Shown here one piece after another: positions 18,253 to 26,611 of a stretch of DNA of 59,967 nt. The stretch is from positions 1-59,967 of the forward strand of contig JAKAKE010000084.1 in the NCBI GenBank assembly GCA_021824625.1, written 5' to 3'. This DNA comes from Bacteroidota bacterium (GTDB taxonomy: Bacteria; Bacteroidota; Ignavibacteria; Kapaibacteriales; UBA2268). The notes beneath the pieces were generated by a model. It was not told the origin of the DNA. It did not search any database and worked only from the letters and a program-made list of their open reading frames with translations. A program made the translations under genes and the position numbers. Each line of letters opens with the position of its first letter. The first letter of the stretch is position 1.

Positions 18253-21200
18253 GATTGAACCTCCTCCGCTTTGTTTCTCAATCTTGCAATGTAAGTTACA
18301 TTTGGCTTAATATTCAACTCTTCCAAAACATGATACCCAAGTTTGTGATTTCTTATATAATCAATAGCCGAATCCTTTTCGTGTGCATCTCCAAAAGTAA
18401 TTGCCTCGGCAGGGCATGCTTCCTGGCACGCTGTCTTAACTTCCGAACCTTTGAGTTGCACTCCGTTCTTAATGGCTTCCTGCCTTGCTTCCATAATTCG
18501 CTGAACGCAGAATGTGCATTTTTCCATTACACCACGTGAGCGTACTGTAACTTCGGGATTCTGCATCAGGCTCAGTGAGTCCTTATTATAATAGCCGTCT
18601 GCTAAATGATTCCTGAAATTATAGAAATTGAATCTTCTGACTTTATAAGGACAGTTGTTCGAGCAGTACCGTGTTCCAACGCACCTGTTATAAATCATTT
18701 GGTTCAGTCCGTCAGGACTGTGATTAGTTGCAACTACGGGACATACATTTTCGCATGGTGCATCATCGCAGTGCATGCAAAGCATTGGCTGGTTGCTCGT
18801 TTCAGGCTGTTCCGCAGAATTGCTGAAATACCTGTCAACTCTAATCCAGTGCATTTCCCTGCCAACAAGCACCTGCTCTTTGCCGACTATGGGAACATTG
18901 TTTTCGACATTACATGCTGAAACGCAGATACCGCATCCGACACATTTGTTCAGGTCAATTGCCATTGCCCATTTTGTGCCTGTGTATTGTACCCTGTTGA
19001 CAATTGAAATATCTTCTGTTTTCGGTTTTCCATCCTTGAAGAAATCTGGATTTTTAATGTAAGCCGCGATTGTGCCTTCCTGGATAATATGTCTTTGTTT
19101 AGGAAACCCCATCACCTCCGGCTCATTTATTGCATGATGCTCCTGTGTTGAAGCAAATTTATATTTTCCGTTTGCTTTTGAGATTTTTACATCTCTAATC
19201 AGCATTTGTGCATTGTTTTTATTTGACATTAATTGAATTCCGTCAAATCCGACATTAGAACCTATTGTTCCACCGAACTTTCTTCCGTAGCCAAGTTCGA
19301 TGGATAGGACATCATCAGCCATTCCGGGTTGTATCATCACAGGAAAAGCTATCTTTTTACCGCTTGCATTTATATCAATCATATCTCCGATTTTTACACC
19401 AATTTGCCTGGATGTATTCAACGATATAGCCGCATAATTATCCCAAGTTACTTTTGATACGGGATGAGGCAACTCTTGCAGCCAACCGTTGTTTGAAAAC
19501 CTTCCGTCCCCGATTGTATAATTCCTGGTCAACATCAGAACGTTTCCGTTTGATGGTTTGTATTCAAACTTATCTGATGTTGTGAAATTAAACTGCATAG
19601 TTGGAATTGGTGCTTTGTAATTCACAACACCATCATTTAATGCTGCGAACCAGAATGAACGGAAATCAGAAGCTAAATGAAGCATTTGATAAATATTCTG
19701 TTCCCAGTTTTTCATTATGTATTGATGATAGCCATCTTCCGAATAATTCTCAGCGTTTCCACCCAACCATTGATGAAGTATTGATTCCTTCTGCCTTGTA
19801 TTATACAGCGGTGCAATCACAGGCTGTTGCAAGCTGTATAGTCCTGTTCTTGTCTGAAAATCTCCCCAGCTTTCAAAGTTGTGATGAATAGGCAGAACGT
19901 AATTGCTTCTCATAGAAGATTCATTCTCATTCTCACACATTGTTACAACCACAGGTACTTTCTTTAAAGCAGTTGCATATCCATAATCATTTGAAAAATG
20001 GAAAACCGGATTAGTGTCCAAATGCAGAACAACAGCCACATTCCCGCTATTCATTGAATTAATCAGCGATTCAATTTCTGCATTTTCTGAAAGTGGCATT
20101 TGTTTGACATTGCCTCTTTCTTTATTATACAATGCATTATTACCAAGTACTTCATTTAATAGGTTAACAGCTATATGAATAACTTCCGGAAGAATATCTC
20201 CGGCATATACAATTGATTTTCCTTTATTCGATATTAGGTCATTCACAAGTGAAAATAAAACGCTCTCGGATAGTTTGAATTTATTTGCAAAATCAATAAG
20301 TTTATGTTCCTTGATTTTTGTTTCGATTTCTGAATTTAGAACCGTTGAAGAATCTTTCCTGACAAAAATAATTTCATTCAACAGGCTCATTACAAATTCA
20401 AACTGTGCATCGGGCCTGATTCTCAGCCTGTGGTCAGAATTCATTCCCGTAAGGCTCATTCCGCCTTCGGCAACATAAAGCCTGTTGAAATTCTTTGCGT
20501 CATCAACATTTCTTTTCCCCGCAAACAATCTAATCTGCTCTACAAAGTTTCCTTCATTACCGAGAAAATCCGATTCAAGCGAAAGTATAACATTTGCATC
20601 ACTCCAGCTAATCACAGGAAAGTTTGATTCGCCATAACATCTTTTCCATGCTGACTGCCTGTTTTTATCATTAAAAAGTTCATAAGAATATATTTTCGTT
20701 GTCGGATATTTTGATTTGAAATCCTCAAATAGTTTGTTCTGTGATGGTGATAATACCGAGTGAGTTATGATCGTAATTTCTTTATTATCTGCCGAAGCTT
20801 TATTCAATGCTTCAATAATTTTATTATCAATATCCTTCCAGTCAGCCGGTTTGAATTTACCGTTAGCTCCCGACAAAGGCTCTTTCAGCCTTTCCGGGTC
20901 ATATAGATTTAAAATGTTTGCTTGTCCTGCGGCACAAATCTTCCCTTTACTAACAGGATGGTCGGGATTGCCGTCTATTTTAATCGGTCTGCCTTCCCTC
21001 GTTTTAATCAAAATTCCACATGCATTTGCACAACCTGTGCAGGTTGAAGAATAATAATTTGCAACTCCGATTGTCATGTCATCGGGCTTTTTGTTGTAAG
21101 GAATGATTTCACCTTTGTCCCTGTAATCTGTACATGCCGTAGCCGCAAAAGCCGCAGAAGCACCTGCCAGAGCAAGAAATTTCCTCCGTGAATGTGATGG

Positions 21201-21332
21201 CATGTCTTCAGGTTTAAACTCATCAGTCATTCCGGGTGCAAACTCATTGTCCTTTGCTTTTGCTAAATTGAGGCTGTTTTTCAAGTCGTCTAAGCTAAGC
21301 CAGAACTTCTTATTTTCTTCATTCCTGCTCAT
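18249..21332 (-). CDS. actB: Alternative Complex III subunit ActB (molybdopterin-oxidoreductase-like domain fused to a 4Fe-4S ferredoxin-like domain; TAT signal)
   Basis: Twin-arginine motif '[20 protein letters not shown]'. N-terminal Cys cluster '[36 protein letters not shown]'. C-terminal clusters '[16 protein letters not shown]', '[14 protein letters not shown]', '[13 protein letters not shown]', 'CTFC' and 'CQEACP'. 1027 aa. Confidence 0.9.
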   Translation of the reverse strand: MSRNEENKKFWLSLDDLKNSLNLAKAKDNEFAPGMTDEFKPEDMPSHSRRKFLALAGASAAFAATACTDYRDKGEIIPYNKKPDDMTIGVANYYSSTCTGCANACGILIKTREGRPIKIDGNPDHPVSKGKICAAGQANILNLYDPERLKEPLSGANGKFKPADWKDIDNKIIEALNKASADNKEITIITHSVLSPSQNKLFEDFKSKYPTTKIYSYELFNDKNRQSAWKRCYGESNFPVISWSDANVILSLESDFLGNEGNFVEQIRLFAGKRNVDDAKNFNRLYVAEGGMSLTGMNSDHRLRIRPDAQFEFVMSLLNEIIFVRKDSSTVLNSEIETKIKEHKLIDFANKFKLSESVLFSLVNDLISNKGKSIVYAGDILPEVIHIAVNLLNEVLGNNALYNKERGNVKQMPLSENAEIESLINSMNSGNVAVVLHLDTNPVFHFSNDYGYATALKKVPVVVTMCENENESSMRSNYVLPIHHNFESWGDFQTRTGLYSLQQPVIAPLYNTRQKESILHQWLGGNAENYSEDGYHQYIMKNWEQNIYQMLHLASDFRSFWFAALNDGVVNYKAPIPTMQFNFTTSDKFEYKPSNGNVLMLTRNYTIGDGRFSNNGWLQELPHPVSKVTWDNYAAISLNTSRQIGVKIGDMIDINASGKKIAFPVMIQPGMADDVLSIELGYGRKFGGTIGSNVGFDGIQLMSNKNNAQMLIRDVKISKANGKYKFASTQEHHAINEPEVMGFPKQRHIIQEGTIAAYIKNPDFFKDGKPKTEDISIVNRVQYTGTKWAMAIDLNKCVGCGICVSACNVENNVPIVGKEQVLVGREMHWIRVDRYFSNSAEQPETSNQPMLCMHCDDAPCENVCPVVATNHSPDGLNQMIYNRCVGTRYCSNNCPYKVRRFNFYNFRNHLADGYYNKDSLSLMQNPEVTVRSRGVMEKCTFCVQRIMEARQEAIKNGVQLKGSEVKTACQEACPAEAITFGDAHEKDSAIDYIRNHKLGYHVLEELNIKPNVTYIARLRNKAEEVQS

Positions 21333-21532
21333 TTAACAAAACCTCTTTTATTTCTTTTAACAGCATCGGGATGAATTAACACTTGAATTGGACTATTGCC
21401 CAAGTTACTCTTTCTATCTTTTTTTGAAGAGCCGGTGAGCTTTGTCGCTGCTAATCCTGCTGTGCCTATTCCCAGCACGCTGAGGAATTTTCTCCTCTTA
21501 AGATTTTCATTATTTACATTTTCTTTTTTCAT
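21329..21532 (-). CDS. Small hypothetical protein with twin-arginine-like signal (may not be a real gene)
   Basis: 67-aa ORF filling the actA-actB gap. 'KRRKFLSVLGIGTAGLAATK' mimics the TAT signal of ActB. Its stop overlaps the actB start. There is no obvious Shine-Dalgarno sequence. Confidence 0.35.
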   Translation of the reverse strand: MKKENVNNENLKRRKFLSVLGIGTAGLAATKLTGSSKKDRKSNLGNSPIQVLIHPDAVKRNKRGFVK

Positions 21533-21559
21533 ATATACTCTTAAAATATATTTCTTTTT

Positions 21560-22132
21560 CTATCTGTGACATGCGTTGCAGTTGTCAGGACCATTCTTAA
21601 TCTGCCTTGCAAGTTCCGGAAGTTTCTCATGAGCGTTTCGGTGGCAGTTAAGGCAGGAACCCATAGTAAACGAATGAACCTGCGAAACCACATCCATCCT
21701 TGCCACATCACCATGGCAATTCTTGCAATCAATTCCTTTGTTAACATGAACGCTGTGATTGAAATAAGCATAATCAGGCACACGGTGAATTCTCTTCCAG
21801 GGGATTGCTTTCCCCGAATTAAAATAACTAGTTAGTTTAATTATTTCCGGCTTGTCTTTTCTTGCTATTGTGTGGCAGTTCATACAAATTGAAGGTGTTG
21901 GAATAGTGGCAAATCTCGACTTCTCGACTCCGATATGGCAGTACCGGCAGTCAATCTTCATGGTACCTGCATGAAGCTTATGCGAAAACTTAATTGGCTG
22001 TTCGGGTGCATAGCCGATGCCGTCGCGTTCGGGACGCGAAATAAAATAGGTCAATGCAAACGATAAAATTATAACAAAAACAGTTACAGGTAGCCTCACT
22101 TTAAGAGCATAATCCAATACAGTTTTCTTCAC
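21560..22132 (-). CDS. actA: Alternative Complex III subunit ActA (membrane-anchored pentaheme cytochrome c)
   Basis: Five CxxCH motifs (CRYCH, CMNCH, CKNCH, CLNCH, CNACH), an N-terminal TM anchor, a GTG start, and first position in the act cluster. Confidence 0.85.
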   Translation of the reverse strand: MKKTVLDYALKVRLPVTVFVIILSFALTYFISRPERDGIGYAPEQPIKFSHKLHAGTMKIDCRYCHIGVEKSRFATIPTPSICMNCHTIARKDKPEIIKLTSYFNSGKAIPWKRIHRVPDYAYFNHSVHVNKGIDCKNCHGDVARMDVVSQVHSFTMGSCLNCHRNAHEKLPELARQIKNGPDNCNACHR

Positions 22133-22583
22133 CTGCTGCCTTCAATAAAATTCAACATCAATGATTGGTGTATTTGTATGAAAAAATAGAAACAATTAAC
22201 CAGCAAAATAATAAGAGTTTAAATTAATAAAAAATAACTCACTAAAAACTTTTAAATCAGACAATAACATCTTTAATTAACACATAGGCTCATCAAATAG
22301 ACTTCAAAAGTAACAAAACCTCAATAAATTTACAAATACCATTTTATCTGAACCAATCTGTTATTGTGCTTTAACACTTATTTTTCAGAAATTTAGGCGG
22401 AACTAAATATTTTATTATTTTTTTAATTTCAAAAAATTAATTTAAATATCACTGAAACATTTTCGCTTTTTTTGTGTTATTACAGTTATAGGGATTACAC
22501 ATCTTAAATTATTTTCATTTTTTCTGAGACTTTTTATAGTTTTATGTGTCATTATATAAAATAGTTATGTAATAGGTAAAATA

Positions 22584-24017
22584 ATGAAATTTATTCGATT
22601 CATTTTATTGATAATTTTCATATTATTTAATATTTATAATTCAAAATCTCAGGTAGATACTAATTATGTCAAGCCGGAAGAATTAGAAAATGGATGGTAT
22701 ACGACATATGGCAATAATTTTTTTTGGGATCCATCTCCTTTAAAAACTTATGTTGATAATATATCTGTTTCAAAGGATGGCAAATGGCTTACTTATCGCT
22801 CCACTGGTATTAATGATATTAATAATAATTATGGTATATGGATATACAATATTAATAATAAAACTAAAATGAAATTAAACTTTTCTAATATTTCTTTATG
22901 GTGGGGAATACTTCTACAATTGGGGAATGATAACTTGACATTACGGTTCAGAGGAAATAACAATTTTGTTTATTTTTACAATGTTGAAACAATGGCTTTA
23001 GATTCTGTTGATTGTCCAACAGATTCAGAAAATTGTTCATTCGGATTAATATGGGCGCCTGATAATTACGCATATTTTTCCTACCCTTATGGTATTCCTT
23101 CTCCAGATAGTTCAATGTACAGAGAGAATATAATGTTATCAAAACAATTTGGCCATCCAGTTAGTGAAAAAATTAATGATGTGAAATATGGCACATTGAA
23201 CATACCATATTTCCCACCTGATAATATCAATTTTTTTGTTCGTCCCAAAGGTAGTTGTACACAAGAAAGTCCATCGGCACTTTGTGGTTTTAAAATTACG
23301 AGGGAATTTATTTTTTCTGATGAGAATGAAGTATTTTTGGTTATACCAGATAAGGATTGGATTTATTCTTATCTTCATACTAATAGAGTTGGTGATTATC
23401 CTCCTCTCAAAGTAAGCACCGATGGTTGTATTTATATTTATTTATCTTACAGGAATCAACGAGAATATTATTCATCAACCGATGATCCTTTTGATTCAAT
23501 TAATAGAATAGCAAGAGATGCAAGTGGTTGGTACAGGGTTGATACAACAGGAAATAATTTAATACAACTTGTTCGTTCCTGGATTGTTTACACAACTGGT
23601 TTATCTGTAACAGGTGACGGCGAAACAATTTATTATGCTCAATTATTACCTGATACAACAACGGGTATAATGAGAATGAATAAATATGGCAAAAACAAAG
23701 AATTAGTACTGAAAATCGAACCTGAAACAATTGGAGTTGTAGATAATAAATTAGTATCAAATAAGTTTGAAGCTATGCCCAATCCAGCATCAACCTTACT
23801 TGATATTGTCTTTAGCCTCCAGAATAAAGGCACAGCACAACTAATAATCACAAACTCTTTCGGACAGCAGGTGTATAATGCAATTGTGAATTATAATGAT
23901 GCTTCGAATGAGCAAAGACATTCAATAGATATTAGCACTTTCCCAAGCGGATTGTATTTTGTTACCCTTCGTTCGCCTGCTGTGGCACTGACACAGGGAG
24001 TGGTTGTTATAAAATAA
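22584..24017 (+). CDS. Secreted protein of unknown function with T9SS C-terminal sorting domain
   Basis: Signal peptide 'MKFIRFILLIIFILFNIYNSKSQ' and C-terminal 'AMPNPASTLLDIVFSL...FPSGLYFVTLRS...VVVIK'. I do not recognise any catalytic motif. Confidence 0.6.
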   Translation: MKFIRFILLIIFILFNIYNSKSQVDTNYVKPEELENGWYTTYGNNFFWDPSPLKTYVDNISVSKDGKWLTYRSTGINDINNNYGIWIYNINNKTKMKLNFSNISLWWGILLQLGNDNLTLRFRGNNNFVYFYNVETMALDSVDCPTDSENCSFGLIWAPDNYAYFSYPYGIPSPDSSMYRENIMLSKQFGHPVSEKINDVKYGTLNIPYFPPDNINFFVRPKGSCTQESPSALCGFKITREFIFSDENEVFLVIPDKDWIYSYLHTNRVGDYPPLKVSTDGCIYIYLSYRNQREYYSSTDDPFDSINRIARDASGWYRVDTTGNNLIQLVRSWIVYTTGLSVTGDGETIYYAQLLPDTTTGIMRMNKYGKNKELVLKIEPETIGVVDNKLVSNKFEAMPNPASTLLDIVFSLQNKGTAQLIITNSFGQQVYNAIVNYNDASNEQRHSIDISTFPSGLYFVTLRSPAVALTQGVVVIK

Positions 24018-24137
24018 GTGTTGGGTGTTGAGTGTTGGGTGATGAATTGTAGGGATTTAAAATTTTAAATCCCCTTAAAATTGAAAATTTGAAATTATAA
24101 ATTTATTGGTAATTGAAAATTGTAAAATTGAAAATTC
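24018..24137 (+). repeat. Composite 3' element, copy B: heptad G/T tract, perfect 22-bp palindrome GGGATTTAAAATTTTAAATCCC (24052-24073), then (GAAAATT)n tract
   Basis: GTGTTGG GTGTTGA GTGTTGG GTGATGA begins at the nucleotide after the stop codon. There is no C from 24018 to 24070. See copy A at 9491-9596 for the shared blocks. Confidence 0.8.
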
Positions 24138-24163
24138 TTTATGTTGGTTTCAACAAGATTAAA

Positions 24164-24208
24164 CAAAAAAAACCGGGTTTAGAATAAATACTATCCCCGG
24201 TTTTTTTA
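24164..24208. terminator. Putative bidirectional intrinsic terminator between convergent genes
   Basis: A-run, then stem AACCGGG (24171-24177) paired with CCCGGTT (24196-24202), then T-run. The 18-nt loop is large, so the call is moderate only. Confidence 0.45.
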
Positions 24209-24220
24209 TTTGATAACAAT

Positions 24221-24955
24221 TTATTTCGGTTTTACTTGTTCTGTGTTACCTGTTTCTTTTGGCTTTTCATTGTTAATTGTTCCCCAGCCTGTCAGATTCA
24301 CTTCGGGTAAATCAGGGTGATTTGTCTTGAAAGTGAGCCTGCAAGAAAAAGTGCCTGCTTTGTCTGGAGTAATGGCTGCTATAATTTCTATTTCACCATT
24401 TGGAGGAAGAATATCTCCATCTTCGAGGTTGATTTTGATGTTTGAGGGCTGCATGTCAATGTCTTTAATCATTATTCTCTGGTTTGTCTTGTTAATCATT
24501 TTGACCGAGCGTTTTGCTTCTTCGCCAACATACATCTGCCCAAAAGCAAAAAATTTACTTGGGTAAAATGTAACAGGTACTTCGACTTCTGCCCTCAGAT
24601 GAAGCACTGCATTTGGCTTTGAACTGTCATTCGTATTGATATTTATTGTTTTATGTAATGGACCTGCTACTCCGCTTATTGTAAGTTTTATATCGAGTGT
24701 TGCCGAATCACCGGCACCGAGTACATTCTTATCCAAAGGTGCTGTTGTACAGCCGCAAGTTGGCTTAACGGTTAATATTCTTAATGAATCCGTACCAACA
24801 TTATATAATTTTAATTTTGCTTTGAGAGGAGAATCTTTTTCTTTTACATTTCCCCAATTATATGTATCTCCGCCTTCAATCTTTAATTTAGGTTGTGCAG
24901 ATAAAATCCCCGAAACCCAAACGAAAATTATTAATAGAATTGTGCTCCTTTTCAT
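24221..24955 (-). CDS. DUF1573 domain-containing secreted protein
   Basis: 'TVKPTCGCTTAPLDK' matches the DUF1573 'CGCT' signature. Signal peptide 'MKRSTILLIIFVWVSGILSAQ'. I place the start at the ATG at 24955, which is preceded by GGAGGG, rather than at the track start 24982. Confidence 0.7.
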   Translation of the reverse strand: MKRSTILLIIFVWVSGILSAQPKLKIEGGDTYNWGNVKEKDSPLKAKLKLYNVGTDSLRILTVKPTCGCTTAPLDKNVLGAGDSATLDIKLTISGVAGPLHKTININTNDSSKPNAVLHLRAEVEVPVTFYPSKFFAFGQMYVGEEAKRSVKMINKTNQRIMIKDIDMQPSNIKINLEDGDILPPNGEIEIIAAITPDKAGTFSCRLTFKTNHPDLPEVNLTGWGTINNEKPKETGNTEQVKPK

Positions 24956-25183
24956 ATTTCCCTCCAAATATATCACTACCAACTTGTATTTTGTAGTTGA
25001 AAATAATTTTTATTTTGAATAAATGAATAACTAATTTCAATTTTTTAAATTGTACAAGGTATAATAACTATTAAATGAGATTTTTATTACATAGGCTTTG
25101 TTTTCAATTTTTTATTAATATATTACAATTTTATTATTAAACTTTTGCTTGTAAAGAATTTGAAATATAAATGAGGAAAAAAA

Positions 25184-26332
25184 ATGTATTCGTTTGATTA
25201 TGATGAAATGCAGCTTCAAATCAAAGAAACTGCAAAAAAGTTCGCCGAAGATGAAATTTTACCCGGAGTTATTGAGAGAGATGTTAAAGCAGAATTTCCC
25301 CGCGAGATTCTTTCTAAGCTTGGGGAACTTGGTTTTCTCGGGATGATGGTTCCGCCTCAATGGGGAGGCTCGGGACTCGATACAATAAGCTATACGCTTG
25401 CAATCGAGGAAATTGCAAAGGTAGAGGCGGCGGTTACAATTGTGCTGTCTGTACAAAACTCCCTTGTTAACTGGCTGCTCGAACATTATGGTACTGATGA
25501 ACAGAAAGAAAAATATTTAGGGCCCTTGGCTGAAGGGAAAAAAATCGGAGCATTTTGCCTAAGTGAACCAGAAGCAGGCTCTGACGCAACAAAACAGCAT
25601 ACGTTAGCCAAGAAGGAGGGGGACTTCTGGATTCTGAACGGTATGAAAAACTGGATTTCTACCGGAATTAATGCAGATTTGTTCATTGTGTTTGCCCAAA
25701 CCAATATGGAAATGCGGCACAAAGGAATAAGTTGTTTTATTATTGAAAAAGGTACACGGGGATTTGAACACGGAGTTCCTGAAAACAAGATGGGTATGCG
25801 TTCAAGCGACACCTGTTCAATCGGATTAACTAACGTAAAGGTACCCGAATCGCAAATGATTGGGGAACCGGGAATGGGATTTAAAATTGCGATGAAAAGC
25901 CTTAACGGCGGAAGAATCGGTATCGCCGCACAAGCTGTGGGTATTGCACAGGGTGCCTTCGAACTTTCGATGAAATATGCCCGGGAGAGATTTGCCTTCG
26001 GTAAACCGATTTTCGAACACCAGATGATTCAGCAAAAGCTTGCTCAAATGGTTACAAAAATTGATGCCGCCCGCCTGCTGACACACAAGGCGGCTTTTCT
26101 GAAAGATACAAACCAGGATATTGTTCTTGCTTCTGCAGAAGCCAAGTTGTTTGCATCGGCAGTTGCAAATGAGGTAACCCGCGACGCCGTACAAATTCAT
26201 GGCGGCTATGGCTATGTGCGTGAATACCATGTCGAGAGAATGATGAGGGATGCAAAAGTTACTGAAATTTACGAAGGGACATCGGAAGTTCAGCAAATCG
26301 TCATTTTACGCGAATTGATGAAATTGTATTAA
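25184..26332 (+). CDS. Acyl-CoA dehydrogenase (short/medium-chain type)
   Basis: 'AFCLSEPEAGSDA', 'QIHGGYGY' and 'IYEGTSEVQ' are family signatures. 382 aa, preceded by a GAGGAAAAAAA ribosome-binding site. Confidence 0.9.
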   Translation: MYSFDYDEMQLQIKETAKKFAEDEILPGVIERDVKAEFPREILSKLGELGFLGMMVPPQWGGSGLDTISYTLAIEEIAKVEAAVTIVLSVQNSLVNWLLEHYGTDEQKEKYLGPLAEGKKIGAFCLSEPEAGSDATKQHTLAKKEGDFWILNGMKNWISTGINADLFIVFAQTNMEMRHKGISCFIIEKGTRGFEHGVPENKMGMRSSDTCSIGLTNVKVPESQMIGEPGMGFKIAMKSLNGGRIGIAAQAVGIAQGAFELSMKYARERFAFGKPIFEHQMIQQKLAQMVTKIDAARLLTHKAAFLKDTNQDIVLASAEAKLFASAVANEVTRDAVQIHGGYGYVREYHVERMMRDAKVTEIYEGTSEVQQIVILRELMKLY

Positions 26333-26373
26333 GAAATTCTGAATTATGAATGGTGAATTCTGAATTAGGTTAA

Positions 26374-26399
26374 GAGAAAAACCTTTTCTCTTGTTCTTC
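26374..26399 (+). terminator. Putative intrinsic terminator after the acyl-CoA dehydrogenase gene
   Basis: GAGAAAA-acc-TTTTCTC hairpin (26374-26390) followed by the T-rich TTGTTCTTC. The stem is AT-rich. Confidence 0.4.
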
Positions 26400-26611
26400 G
26401 TCCCAGTGGGTACGGACTTTTTTACTTTCGAATAGCTTGATGTTGCTCATAGTTTTCATAAAGTATTCACAATCAATCAAAAATTTGAACAAATATATGA
26501 AAATACCACTGTTAATAATCCAAAATTTATTCACAATATTTTTTCAAAAGTTAATATATTGCATTTCTTAAATTTTAACTTGCTCTATTTTGTTTTATTT
26601 ACGGGTTGATT

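Noticed and set aside
17188-21054. Multiple ORFs on both strands inside actC and actB (for example 17188-17553, 18234-18539, 18606-19062, 19601-19891, 20767-21054).
   Set aside because: They are nested in long, motif-supported genes, and none has an independent signature.
18249-21332. Interpretation of the 1027-aa molybdopterin-like/FeS protein plus the NrfD-like protein as a polysulfide, tetrathionate or nitrite reductase (Psr/Ttr/Nrf) system.
   Set aside because: The context fits Alternative Complex III much better. It has a pentaheme ActA upstream, ActD/ActE/ActF-like genes downstream, a fused B1-B2 architecture with a long pre-RR N-terminal extension, and direct linkage to a cytochrome oxidase.
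21541-21783. 80-aa minus-strand ORF overlapping actA in another frame.
   Set aside because: It lies almost entirely inside the pentaheme ActA gene, which has strong motif support. The alternative frame has no motifs.
24052-24137. GAAAATT-type tandem repeats and the 22-bp palindrome as a possible CRISPR array or leader.
   Set aside because: The repeat unit is only 7 nt and there are no spacers. The pattern is low-complexity tandem DNA, not 25-40-nt repeats separated by unique spacers. No cas genes are present.
25259-26296. Minus-strand ORFs of 75-156 aa antisense to the acyl-CoA dehydrogenase gene.
   Set aside because: The plus-strand gene carries strong family signatures over its whole length. 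The antisense ORFs are spurious.
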